DNA from: Rebecca billardiae RCC1528
Lineage: Eukaryota > Protista > Haptophyta
Direction: 5' to 3'
Assembly: GCA_965240325.2 (NCBI GenBank)
Contig: OZ251252.1
Location: forward strand, 248,001 to 312,000
Length of the DNA: 64,000 nt
Below are positions 30,659-43,029 of the stretch, piece by piece. Each line of letters starts with the position of its first letter. The stretch's first letter is position 1. The position numbers and the translations under genes were made by a program. Under the pieces are notes generated by a model. The model did no database searches and had not been told where the DNA came from. It worked only from the letters and a program-made list of their open reading frames with translations.

Positions 30659-33427
30659 TCATTGCGCGTGATACCCATTGTACATGGACGGGTGCTCCAT
30701 GTCGTGGCCAAAGTTGATGAAGTCGGGGAGCGGGTTCTTGGGGTACGTCGTCTTGAGCGGGCGCTCCTTCTGCCCAAACTCGAGCGCGGAGGTGCTCACA
30801 TACGCCTCGGGCCGATACGCCTCCGAGTCGGCCATTTGGATGGCCGACTTGTTCTTCGCCTGCAGGCCGTCGGTGCCCTGCATGCGCAGCGTCGGGATGA
30901 ACGACTTGAAGGTGGGCGGCTTCTCCGGCGCGGTCGATGGGCGCGGGTTGGCGTCGCGCTCGCGCTCGAACTCGCCGAGCGCCTGGTCCGACGCCTGCGT
31001 TCGCGGTGGTGCGGGGCGAGGCGGCGGCGCGCGCGTGCGCGCGTGAGCGCGCAGCGGCGCGCGCGGCGGCGCGCGGCGCGGCGCGCGGCGGCGGCTGGCG
31101 GCGGGCTGGGGGGAGCCGCGCACCTTGTAGAAGGTCTTGCCGTACACGTTCTTCGCGTAGATCCCCGGGATGAACCCGCCGTACCCCGGCACGTGGTAGT
31201 GCCCCTTCTCATCCACCAGCTTGGTCACGCCGCCGCTCTGCATGAAGGGCATGCGCGACGCGTTCGCCTCCTGGTGGTGCGTGCCGAGGTGTCGCGGAAC
31301 GGCGCGGCCAAAGTCGCGGAAGGCGTCCTTGACGTCGGTGACGTACTGGTGCTCTGCGCGCGCGGGCGGGCGCGCCGCGTGGGTCGGACGGCGGCCGCCG
31401 AGCGTGAGGGCGTCGGCGCGGCGGGCGGCGGAGGCCGAGTCCGCGCGCGCGCGCGCGCGGGCTCTCGAGCGCGCGCGCGCGCGCGCTGTCATCACGGGAC
31501 CCGCTGCCGGCCGGCGGCGCGCGCGGGTGGCGCGGCGTACCGGGTTCCAGCTCCTTGTAGTGGAAGCGCGCTTTGTCCCCCTCGATGGCCGCGATCGACT
31601 GCTGCGAGAGCGTCTTGCCGTACATCGACTCTGCGAGCACGCCAGGGATGAAGCCTGCCGCGCGACCGCCGCACGCGAGGCGCGCCGTGATGCAGCACAC
31701 GCGCACACGCAGCAGAGGCGGGGCGTGCGCGCGGGGGCAGGGCGGGGGCGTCAGGGCGGTGCGCAAGCACGCGGTGGATTGTCGCGCGCGCGCGCGCGAA
31801 AATCCTTCGGCGCGAGGGGCCGTGCACAGGCTGGCACTTGCTCGCGCGTGTGCGCGCATGCGCGCCCGCGAGCATGCGCGCGCGCGCGCGCGCGCGCACC
31901 GGTGTAGCCAGGCACGTGCTTGTTGATGCGCGAGGGCTTGTCCGGTCGTGCGGTGGTGGGGAACTCGGAGTGCCGCTTGGGCAGTGATGTGCGCGGGCGG
32001 TACGGAATCACGCCGTCCACCGGGTCGACCGACTCGGCGCTGAGCCGCGTCGGCGCGCCGCCATGCCCCTGCGCCACTTGCTCCCTGCCGCAAACACAAA
32101 AAAACACAAATGCGGAGGCAGAAAAAAAACGTCAGCAAGTGGGGCAGGAGCGGGCGCGGGCGCGCGAGCACGCACGCCGCGTGGCGCGCACCTGAGCTTG
32201 TACGCCGTGTTGGACGCGTTGGCGTACGTCTGCCCGAACACCGACTCGGAGATGATGTGCGGCGTGAAGCCTGCGCCCACCACCGCGGCGTGCGCGCGCG
32301 CGCACGGTGCGCGCGCGCACGGCCCACCAGTGAGCGCGCATGCGCACGCGCGCGCACACGCGCACCGCACCCTCTCTCTCTCGCGCGCGCGCGCGTGCGC
32401 GCACACACGGCGGGAGCGCGAGGCCCGCACGCCCTCTCCGCGCGGCACGCCCGCACCCACGCCGCCACGCGCCCCCGCCGCGCGCAGCGCCACGCACCCG
32501 AGTAGCCCGGAATGTGGTGCGGCGCGGGCGTGTGCGATTGCACTTTCTTCTCAGGATCCTTCGGGTCGCACGGGTCGTTCTTGGCGTAGTAACGGACGGA
32601 GGGCTTGTCCTCGGAGCCCTCGGCCTTGTGGCCCTTCCGCTTCATCCGCTCGATCAGCGCCGACTGCCGCGGCGGCTCGCTGCCCGTCGCCAGCCCCCAC
32701 GGCTGCGGCTGGTGCGGGTGCTGGGTACCCATTTCATAATCAAGCTGCTCCCTATATGGCGAGCTGCCCGACCACGAGCTGCCGCCCTCCTTGAAGTCGC
32801 GGCTCTCGGCGGGGTGGCTGCCCGCCGCCTCGGCGAGCATCTCCTTCTCCACCGTCGTCAGGCGGTCCGTGTCCTTCCCCTGCGCGCGCGCGGCGCGTGG
32901 GCGAGGCAGCGCGCGCGCGGCCCGGGCGGCGGGTGGGTCATCAGACTATGCGCGGTGCACGGCCTTTGGCGCCCGCGCGCGCGCGCTGCCCGCGCCGCCG
33001 AGCGCTCGGCCCGCCCGCGCGCCTGCGCACCCCGCGCGCCGCCGGGTCACCCCGCCCCCTCCGCCGCGCGCCCGGACCGCACCCCCCGGACCGCGCCGTG
33101 AGTACCCACCTCGTATTCGCCTTTGATCGCCTTGAGCGTCATCTTGCCAAAAGTCCGGCCAAAGAGCTGGCCCGAGTCGGCGACGACGCCGGGGACGAAG
33201 CCGGAGTACCCCGGGATGTGGTGCTTCTCGATCGGCGTGCGTGGCGGCGTGAACTCCGCATACGAGACGTGCTTGCGCCACTTGGCCGGGTCGCCGTCCG
33301 ACGTGCGCTCGTTGAGCAGGTGCGTCGTCGCCTGGCCGAACGTCATCGCGACGACATGCTGCGAGGCGGGGATGAAGCCGGTGTAGCCCGGGATGTGGTG
33401 CTTTAGGCTCGTCGCCCCCTCCGACAT
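30659..33427 (-). CDS. FAM166/CIMIP2 (DUF2475)-like ciliary microtubule inner protein with five PGY.G(F/Y).P repeats
   Basis: Seven exons, with GT-AG introns 33109..32880, 32497..32271, 32191..32085, 31899..31655, 31540..31354 and 31123..30995. Repeats HIPGYTGFIP, HIPGYSGFVP, HIPGYSGFTP, HVPGYTGFIP and HVPGYGGFIP, each followed by a G.T(F/Y)-like segment. Confidence 0.85.
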
Positions 33428-33849
33428 GGCCTCGCGCGCGGGCTGCGCTCGCGCGGACGGTCCGGCGGTGTGCTGTGCGCGTGCGAGGCGAGCGCCACCC
33501 TGGCGCCGCCCTGTCTCTCTCGTTACGTGAGGCGCGGCCGTCAGGCTGAAACAGACTTCGATGGCGCCCGCCCTTTGCGTAGATACCCCCATACTTGCTA
33601 CTTGATAGGCGGGTATTCAGGCCTACTTATCATAATAAGTCATAACTACTCGCGGGCCTGCGCGGGCGACTCCGCACTCGGAGCCGCCCCGGCCGCCCGG
33701 TGAAACTCCTCCCGGCCGGGATGCTTTTTTTGGAGCAAGGGGCGCTGATCCGCCAACGCTGCCGCCTAGGCCTGTGCTGCTGCTGCGCTTGTGGCGCCCA
33801 CGCCGAGCACCTCAACGTCCGCGCGGCGCCGCCGCGCCCGCGCGGCGGG

Positions 33850-34324
33850 ATGAGCGTGCAGGAGAAGGTGGTCGCGATCGGCGAGGACGCGCCGGCGCCC
33901 AAGGTCCCCGCCGGTTACTCGCACCGCAACGGCGGCACCGCCGTCGTCAAGGAGACACACCTGAAGAAGGGCGGCCATCGCGCAGGACCAAATGGCCGGC
34001 GGCGCGCGAGCGCGGCCGACGCGGTGCTGAGCGCGCTGGACGACGGCGAGGAGTCGAGCGACGAGGAGGTCGAGGACACGCGCTCAACCCCGCGCAGCAC
34101 GCGGCCCGCGCCCTCCGGTGGCGGCGGTGGCGGCAGCCGCGGCGCGCGAAGCGCGCCCCGCAGCGGAGCCACATCAACGTCAGTCACTTCGCCCAAGTCC
34201 ATCTCGGTGGACGAGCTGGTCGCCGCGGCGGCGTCGCCGATCGCCGCGATGTTCTCGCCGCGTTCGGATAAGAGCGGCGGCGCCTCGCCCGCCGAGACCG
34301 CCGCGCGCGCCATCTTCGACATGG

Positions 34325-34362
<38 letters not shown>

Positions 34363-35145
34363 GGCGGGGCGCGCAAGCCGTCGCTCACCGGCACGCTGAC
34401 CGGCACGCGCGGCGGCACGAGCGGCGGTTACAACTCGTCGGTGGAGGACCAGCGCACGTGGCCGGCGGGCAAGACGCTGCGCATGCCCGTCACCACCATC
34501 TCGCGCTGGGGCCTCCGCGCCTCCACCGTCGTCGAGCTCTCGCCCGGCGAGCTGCGGTACTGGCGCGCGGCCTCGAGCCGAGCGCCCCTCCGCCCAGCGG
34601 AGCTGCTCGACTTCACGTACGACGAGGCCGACGAGCGGCTGCTCACGCTGGCGCTGCGCCACCGCGGCGAGCGGCCCAAGCGGCTGCAGTGCCGCTCGCA
34701 GGTCGACCGCGACGCGCTCGCCGCGTGGCTCTCCGCCTGGAAGCTTGGCGTGCACCCGGACTCCTTCAGAGGGCTCGCGGGGAGTCACAACCTGACGGAC
34801 ACCGGGACCCTCGGCCCGGGCGCGTCGGGGCACAACACGCTCGGCGGCTCGGTGTCGGGGGGCTCGCGCGGCGGCACGCTCGGCGGGCCGCTGGCCGTCG
34901 TGCTCCGCCGGCCCGGCAGCAAGGAGGGCACCCTCGGCTCGTCGACTGGCGGCGGCGCGGAGTCCCCAAAAGGCGCCCGCGACACGCCGGGTGCGGCCGG
35001 CAAGCGCGCGGGTGGGTTCGGGCTCGGTGGCGGTGGCTCCGCGGCGCCGAGTGGCAAGTCTGGCCGCGTGCTGATCGGCCGGCAGCCCAAGGGGCGCGAC
35101 GGGAAGGGGAGCGCGCAGCAGGAGCTCGAGATCGCGCCGGACTGA
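33850..35145 (+). CDS. Hypothetical protein with a possible PH-like domain between disordered regions
   Basis: Intronless ORF. The segment MPVTTISRWGLRASTVVELSPGELRYW...LQCRSQVDRDALAAWLSAW has the beta-strands-plus-C-terminal-helix pattern of PH folds. Confidence 0.6.
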
Positions 35146-35571
35146 GCCCCGCCACCCGGCAAGGGCCGCGCCCGGGCGCGCCCGACGGCCTTGTGACCGA
35201 GCGCGGCCTCAGCCTCAGGTGAGTGACTCAGGCGTTGCAGTCAGCCACGCGCTCCGGGCCACTGCTCGCTCGACGTCCAGCCAGGCCGTCGCAGCCTCTG
35301 CGCTTGGACCGTGGCCACGCAGTCCCGGCTCGCGCCGCGGCCGTGCCTCCCGCCGCCGCTACGTCCGAAGTGATCCCCCTGGAGTGCGCGATGCCTACTA
35401 TGGTCAGTGTGTCACATCACACATGCGAGCTTGTATTCATTCAGTACGCCGATTGCAATTCATCTGAGGATGCCACGCGATGATGAATTGATGATGATAA
35501 TATCGACGCGATGATGGAAAATTCCTCCGCTCATAAAGCAGGTCACCCCGGCGGACCCAGACGGCAGCACG

Positions 35572-36831
35572 ATGGCCGCCGCGCTGCTCACGCGTGGCGA
35601 GTCCGTCTTGCCGCGTCGCCGGCGCGAGCTCTCCCTGGTCCTCGTGCTTGCGCTGGCGGCGTCGCGCGCCAAGCCCGCGCTGCCAGCGCCGGCCGCGCTG
35701 CCACCCGCCCAGCAGCCGCCCCGAACGGAGGAGCGCCCGGAACGGCCGGCCTCCCGCCGCCGCTGGCGGCTTCTCTTCAACCACATCCCCAAGTGCGGGG
35801 GCACGGAGATCAAGACGGCGCTCAAGTCGGGGCTCGTGGTGCCGCCATGGAACGCGCGCATCGTCAAGGAGTTCCACTCCTCCACGGCGAAGCACGCGCG
35901 CGACCACTTTGTAATCGCCTCCCTGCGCGACCCATGCCGTTACTACGTCTCGCTATTCGGTTACGCCGCGAGCTCGTTGGGCCGCTTCCGGCACGTGGCG
36001 CGCGCGGTGCTGCCGGCGGGGACGCCCGTTGACGTGGCCGTGCGCAACGCCACGGCGTTCGGCCGCTTCCTGGAAGCGGTCGCCGGCTGCCTCACGCTGC
36101 GCGTCTTCGCGTCGCTGCCTGACATGGCCGTGGACTGCTGGGTGCGAACGGACGCATTGTTCGAGGACATGCGGCTGTGCCTGCGCGCGTACGGCGCGCA
36201 GGGCGGCACGCTCCTGCCCGGGTGGGAGGGCGCGCTGCGCAACGCGACGGCGCGGGAGGCGGGCGGCGACAGCGCGGCGGCGCGCAACGCCAACGCCTCG
36301 CCGCACGCGCCGTGCGACTACTATTATGCGACGAAACCGGAGCACCGCGCGCTGGTCGAGCGGCAGGATGCGGGCGTGTGCGCGCTGCTCGGCGGGTGCC
36401 GCTGCTGCGGGCAGCTGCGCCCGGGCGTGCTCGGCGAGGGCGTCGACCCCCACGCGCTGCGGCCGAGCGTGCCGCTGCGCTTCGCCATGCCCGGCCCCGC
36501 CAAGGACGCGTGCTTCAAGGAGCCGCTGCCAGAGCTGCCAGGGGACGGCCTGTTCCAAGACCTGTTCCAAGAACAGGCGTCAGAGCTCGCCGAGCAGGCC
36601 GGCGCGGTGCGCGACGGCCGGACGGCGGGTGAGCAGCCGGCTGGCGCGGCCGCCGCGGAGGGCGGCCTCGCGGGCGCTGCTGCGGAGATCGGCGCCGCGC
36701 TGCTACGGGGCGAGCGGCCTCAGCCTGGCAAGGGCACGGGCAGTCTCATCAGGCCTTCCAAGTCCAAGTGGCGCATCAACGGCCTCTTCAAGCAGCTTGC
36801 TGGCGCGCGCCAACGGCACGTCGGCGGATGA
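35572..36831 (+). CDS. Membrane-anchored sulfotransferase family protein
   Basis: N-terminal anchor, 5'-PSB motif LFNHIPKCGGT and 3'-PB motif SLRDPCRYYVSLF. Confidence 0.85.
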   Translation: MAAALLTRGESVLPRRRRELSLVLVLALAASRAKPALPAPAALPPAQQPPRTEERPERPASRRRWRLLFNHIPKCGGTEIKTALKSGLVVPPWNARIVKEFHSSTAKHARDHFVIASLRDPCRYYVSLFGYAASSLGRFRHVARAVLPAGTPVDVAVRNATAFGRFLEAVAGCLTLRVFASLPDMAVDCWVRTDALFEDMRLCLRAYGAQGGTLLPGWEGALRNATAREAGGDSAAARNANASPHAPCDYYYATKPEHRALVERQDAGVCALLGGCRCCGQLRPGVLGEGVDPHALRPSVPLRFAMPGPAKDACFKEPLPELPGDGLFQDLFQEQASELAEQAGAVRDGRTAGEQPAGAAAAEGGLAGAAAEIGAALLRGERPQPGKGTGSLIRPSKSKWRINGLFKQLAGARQRHVGG

Positions 36832-37099
36832 GCGACGTTGGCCGCCGTGACCCGCGCGTGATGACGACATTGAAGCAGGATACAAATGCAGCATGATGAT
36901 GATTGATGGGCAATTAGTGCCCTGTGCCGAGTGCGGCGTCGAAAAAAAATTGACGGCCAATGACGAATTCGATCGTCGCGTCGTCAAGCGACGAAAAGCT
37001 AGATGCACAGACGGTTTCGCCGGCCGGCCCCCCGCAGGCACAGCCCCACTGCGGCCGGTCATCACAAACGCTCCTCCGATGGCTGCGGGCTGAGCAGCG

Positions 37100-37684
37100 A
37101 TGGCGAGGCGGCGCAAGTCGACGACGGGCAAGCTGCCCGGCCCGCGCCGCGCGCTGGTGCCGCACGACAAGCAGCTCGCGCTATGCCGCGGGCTGCAGTA
37201 CATCGCCGAGGTGGGCACCAGCCTGCTCGCCAACCCCACGCTCCGCGGCCGCCATGGCTCCGACCTTCTCCTGCCGTTCAAAGCATACGCCCCCGGCGCG
37301 TCCGCCGCGCCGAGCGCGAGCCCGGCTGACGCGCTGGCGTGGCAGGTGGCGCGGCGGCTGGCGAGCGCGTGGCGCGCCGCGTGCGTGCCCGACGTGCTGC
37401 TGCACGCCGGTGGCGCCGCGCCGGACGGCGGCGGTGTCGGTGGCGGCGGCAGCGGCGGCGGCGGCGGCGGCGGCGGCGCGGGCGCGCTGCTTGACGCCCG
37501 AGCGATCGTCGACCTGGTGCAGGGGGCGTACGCGCTGCGCGAGCTCGAGCTGCCGTGCGCGGGCCTGCTCGACGCGCTGCGCCAGCGCACGCTCGAGCTC
37601 GACGCGAGGGAGGTGCTCGGCTTCGACCCTGCGACCGAGCGCGCGCCAGACGGTGTGCTGCTGCAGCCGTGCGCGGCGTGCGGC

Positions 37685-37715
<31 letters not shown>

Positions 37716-40700
37716 TGCGCGGCGAGGATGCCTCCGCCGGTGCCGCCAGCGGCGGCGGCGGCGCGTGCGCGCGCTGCCGCCGCCGGCTGGGCACGCGCGC
37801 TCGCTTCGACGTGCTCATCGACGCCATCGTCGCAGCTTACCATTTTGAGCGGCTTCGGCTGCCGCTGGGCTGCTGCTTCTTCGGCGTGCTGCGGCACGCG
37901 TGCGCGGAGGTTGGCGCGGCGCTGCGGCCGTGGGACGACGGTGCGAGGCGAGCGGGCGCAAGCGCGCCCGAGGAGGAGCCGGCGGGGCAGGCGGCACCAC
38001 CTCCGCCGCCGCCCGAGCGAGCGGGCGAGCGCGCGGCGGCGCCGCCGTCGGCCGGCGCGCCACCTGGCGCCGCTGCTGAGGCGGAGGCGGAGGCGGAGGC
38101 TCCGGGCGCCGCGGCTCAGGCGGAGGACCACGGTGGCCGGCGCGTGGGTGCCGTGGCCGCGCCGGCCGACGCGGCGCTGCGCCCCGCCGCCGATGCGCTT
38201 CCGGTGCACGCGCGCAGTCCGGGCGCGGATCAGGCGGGCGACTCGGCGCCGGCCGCAGGCGGTGGCTCCGCCGCGCACACCGCTCGCCCGGGCACGGGCA
38301 CCGACGCCGGCGACGGCGACGGTGACGAGCGCGACGGCGAGGAGGAGGCGCGCGCGCTCTCGGCGCGCGAGCGGCACTACCTCACGTACGCGGTGACCCA
38401 CCTCGTGTACGCGCTCAACGGTTTTGACGAGACCCGGCTCGGCCCAGCCGCGCTGCCGCCGTGCGTGCGAGACTATCTGACACGCGCCGCGCGGGACGCG
38501 ATGGCGGCCGATGACGCCGACAGGCTGGCGGAGTGCCTGGACGCGCTCAAGGCGCTCAGCCCGTCGGCTGGGCGCGCGCCCGCCGAGTCTGGAGGAGAGG
38601 CGGCGCGTGCGCGCGAGCCCAGGGCGCAGCGGAGGCCGTCGACGGCCGAGCGCGCGCACGGCGCGCGCCGCGCGCCCGCCGCGCGCGCGCACACCGCCGC
38701 GCACGCGCCGCCCGCGCCGCCGACTGCAGCCGACGGCGGAGCCACGGCGGCGGCGCCCGCGGTGGCATGGCCGTTGGCCAAAGGCGGCGTGAGGGGTCTC
38801 GCGCCCGCCGCTGACCCGACGGCCGCGGCGGTGCGGCCCATCGCCGGCGTGAGCACAGCGCACGAGGCCAACCACGCCGCCAACGGCACCGACGCCGCCA
38901 ACGGCACCGACGCCGCCAACGGCACCGACGCCGCCAACGGCACCGACGCCGCCAACGGCACCGACGCCGCCAACGGCACCGACGCCGCCAACGGCACCGA
39001 CGCCGAGATCGGCGCAGGCGCAGGCGCAGGCGCAGACGCAGACGCAGACGCGGACGCGGACGCCGACTTCGGCGCGGACGCAGACGCAGGCGCAGGCGCC
39101 GAGGACATCACAGGGGGGCCGGCCACGCCGCCGCCGCGCTCGCCGCCTCCGACGGAGCGGCCGCCGGCAGCGGCAGCTCCGGCCGCCTCGCCCGCAGCGG
39201 CGTGGCCGACGGCCGTTGCATCCGCCGCCGGCGCGCGCGCGGACGGCGCTGTGAGTGCGCCGCCGCCCGCGGCCGCGCGTGCCGTGCGAGTGGCGGCGCT
39301 CGCCGCTGGGGCTGCCTACGCGGCCGCCCCCACGGCCGCGCCGCCGGCGGCCGCCGCCGCGCCCCCCGCCGCCGACGCTCGGCGCAGCGTGCACGCCGTT
39401 GGCGGCGGCGGCGGCGGCGGCGGCGCCCCGCCCGGGGCCGAGGCCGAGGCGGAGCATGCCGCCCTCGTGCTCGGCGCCGAGATGTCCGTGTTGTCGTCTC
39501 AGGACGCCGTTGGCGGTGGCGCCGCCGGCCCCACGCCCGAGGCCGAGGCCGAGGCGGAGCACGCCTCCCTCGTGCTCGGAGCCGAGGCGTTCCTGTTGTC
39601 GTCTCAGGACCGATCAGACGGGGGCTGGCACTGCGGCGGCGAGCTCGAGCTGTTCAGCCGGTACCACGCGACGCTGGTGGCGGTCGCCGCGCTGATGGAG
39701 CACCGGTACGCCGGCAGCTCCGCGCTGCCTGACGGCGGGGGCGCGCAGCCCGCGGGCGTGCCGGCCGCGGTCGGCGCGCGCGCGCTCGGCAGCAGCGCTG
39801 GCGGCGCGTGCGCGCGCGCCGGCGGCGCGCTGCGCACAGCCGCGGCGGCCGGCGGGACGCCGCGCGCCGCCGCGGGCGCGCCCGGCGCGGCGCGCGGCGC
39901 TGGCAGCGCGCGTGGCGGCGCGCTCGCGCGGCGCGCCTCCCCGGCGGCGAGCCCCACTCCCGCCGCCGCACAGTGCCGCACTGTCTGGCCGACACTTGAC
40001 GCCGGCGGCGGCGGCGGCGAGGGCGAGAGCGGAGGAGGCGGTGGCGGCGCGGGCGCGGTGCTCAGGGCGTGGTTCGAGGCGCCGCCGGGCCCACCACCGC
40101 CGCCGCCGGCGGTGGCGGCGATGCGTGGCGGCGGTGGCACGCCGCGCGCGCCCGCGCCCGCGGACGCGCCCGCCGCGGCCCCTGCGCGCTCGCCGCGCGC
40201 GCTCGCGCCGGCTGACGCCGCGGGCGCGGCAGGCGCTGACGAGCCCGGCGCGCCGGCGCGCGCCGACGCCGACGCCGACGGCGGACCGCCGCCGCACCCG
40301 GCGCTGTTCTGCTGCATGCGGCACGCGGGCGCGGTCGCGCGCGAGCGCAAGCGCGCGACGGCCGCCGCGGTCGCCGCCGCGGCCACCGTGCTCGCCGCGC
40401 CCGCTTACCCGCTGCCGCCGCCGGCGCGCGCGCTCGTCGAGCGCCTTCCAGTGTTGCACCGGTTGCGCGTGCGCGCGGAGGTGCGCGCGTCCAAGCTGGG
40501 GCAGCAGCGCGAGGCGGGGCGGCGCTGGCGCTCGCTCTCCGTGCCCGCGGCCGTCGAGCTCGGGGGCGCGGCGTCCGCCGCCGCGCGTGCGGCGGCGGCC
40601 CCCGCTGGCGGTGCTGGCGGCGTTTCGTGCGCTCGGACGCCGCCGCGCGGCGGCGCGGCGGCAGCGGCGGACTTCTGTGGCGCAGCAGGCGGGCAGTCGG

Positions 40701-41461
40701 GGCTCTGTGGCGCGGCGCACAGCCCTGGCTGCTGGGGCGCGCGCGCCGCGGGCGGCGTGGCTTCCGGGAGCGTCGCCACTGGCCTGTGCTGCCACTGCCA
40801 GAGCGGCGGGAGCGGCGGCGGCGCCTCGCCTGCGCGCGTCCACCGCGCAAACACACTGCCTCTCGCGGCGCACGGCCCTAGCGCCGCTACCCTACCCTAC
40901 CCTACCCTAGCCCTACCCTACCACCACCACCCTGGGAGCGCCGCGGCCGGGCTGCCGCCGCGCCACCCGGCGGACGCGTCGGCACCGCCGCTGCCGCCGC
41001 CGCGCGCAGCCGGCGCGGCGGCCGCCGCCGCGCGCACCCTCGGGCCCGGCGCGTGCGCCGGGGGGTTGGCTGAGGCGCGCGCGACGCCTGTGGACTTGAT
41101 GCGGGCGCAGCGCTCTGCCTCGGCCATTGAGCGCGGCGCGTGCGCGGCCGCGGCCGCCGCTGCCGCCGCCGGTGGGGCTGCGCCAGGCGGTGCCCCACGC
41201 GCCGCCAGCCTGCGCAAGGCCGCGCCGACGGGCGGTGGCGCGCACGGGCTTGCCGCGCGGCCGCGGCCGCTCGGCCGTAGCCCCAGCGGAGGCGCCGCCA
41301 GCGCTCGCGAGGCGTACGGTTGGGCGCAGCAGCCGCCGCCGCCGCAGCAGGCGGCTGCGGCACTGCGCCTGCTCTCGCCCGCCGTCTCGGCCGCGCCACG
41401 CCCGCCGCCAATCGTCGGTGGCGACGGCGCCAGCGGCGGGCGCCACTACTACGGCAGCTGA
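37100..41461 (+). CDS. Large low-complexity protein with a dispersed alpha-helical DUF6895/prenyltransferase-like core
   Basis: YAVTHLVYALNGF, DADRLAECLDALKAL, FLLSSQDRSDGGW and RYHATLVAVAAL, plus a CAAC...CARC pair. Family recognised from memory only; cryptic in-frame introns are possible. Confidence 0.55.
38876..39001 (+). repeat. Perfect 18-bp tandem repeat x7 encoding AANGTD
   Basis: gccgccaacggcaccgac repeated seven times. Confidence 0.95.
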
Positions 41462-43029
41462 CTGATCGGTGACGCGGACTCATGATCTCATCATCACGCG
41501 TGGCGGCCCGCGCGGAGGCGTAGCAGCGCGACGATGTATCCGCCCCTTACCGCAGTCGTTCACGACTTTGCTGACGATGCTTCGTACGACGGCAGAAGCA
41601 AAGTAGTTGACGACGGGGTCCGCTGAGGGCGCCTTCAGATGCGCGGCCAGTCCGCGCGGGCGCCTTATTTATATATTGGGCCGCACTGACCCGTCCCGTG
41701 AGTAACTCGGCAGCAGCCGCCGCCGCCGATTCGCGGGATCCGATGCTACGACGACGACGACGACTTGATAGGTACGACCGTATCGGACGAGCCGATCGTC
41801 GTCCGAATTAAGTACGTACGACGAGCGACTGCTAGCAGGCTACTGCTATATAGCTACTCTACCGTCGAGTAGTCGCGCTCTGACGGTGATTACGTACGGG
41901 TGGGTCCCTCCCAACTGGGGCGATATATTCTGGCGCACTCAGAGTGACGGATCCTATAGATTTTATGGTCTCTCACCCAGAATCGACGCTATAAATGCGT
42001 CCCATCGGGGCGGAGCGCAAAAGTTTCGACCTCAAAACCTACTCCGCGTGCCGTCGCGCGGCCGAGCGCGCGCGCGCCGCGCCAGTAGTCTTATGAGTAG
42101 TGTCACATAGTAGAGATTTTGCGAAGCGTTACTACTTCATGGTTATGGTGGCTAGATGGCGATCGACATGCGATCGGAATTACTTATTTACAACTACCGT
42201 TGACACCCGACCGAACCATTTTATGAAGCAAAGAGTGGGGCTCTATGCTGTGCGCTGATACCTCCAACAAACTACAGCAAGCAGATCGAGCATATTACCC
42301 ACTTCATATATATATAGCCACTTACCCGTATATAGTATGAGTGTTACCCACTTTATATTGACCGTGGATGCGGTTCACTATATATTCAAATTCGTTCCGA
42401 TATATGTGGGTACGTTTGTTGGGTCATCGAATAGGCGCCGAGCGACGCGGACACAGGCAACCCGGGCCGCAACCGGACTGCCTGCGAGTGGCAGTGTTTG
42501 TGGCGGGCTGCGTGCCGAGGCACACACCATCGCCCGCCACCGAGCATGCCACCGTCGTCACACGGGAGCCCTCCGCCGTCGAGGCTGGACTATCAGCCAA
42601 CGCCACCGCCGGAGCTTGCCGCGTTCGGCGGCTTCCGTGCTCGTACTCCGCGTGTCACCGGTCGTCGTATGCCCACCCGCGTGAGGCCGCCACCAGTCCA
42701 TGACTACCGCAGCTGCAGCCCATGCCGCCGACGATGCCTCCCACCATCTTCTCGCCAGGCAGCAATACGATAGGTTCACCGACGCTGCTGCTAGGCTGAG
42801 AGCACTCAGCCAGTTGGCCGGCGAGACGTCAGATGGTTGAGCTGCTGGCCTACTCCATCACGTTGCGGCTTCCGCTCGCTCAAGTACACCCAACGTGACG
42901 ACGAGAACGTGCCGGGCAATCATCAGACATGCGTCTGAGGGGTCTACTACGCCTAGCCGTAGAGTTGCTGAGTACGAGTCTTCGCAGACCACAAGCGGAA
43001 CGAGTGGGACCACCCAATGGCAGGAGCAA

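Noticed and set aside
38876-39001. CRISPR-like array
   Set aside because: Direct tandem repeats with no spacers, in frame within an ORF; no cas genes; eukaryotic context.
42141-42155. GGTTATGGTGGCTAG as a copia primer-binding site
   Set aside because: Only a partial match, and no paired LTRs could be found.
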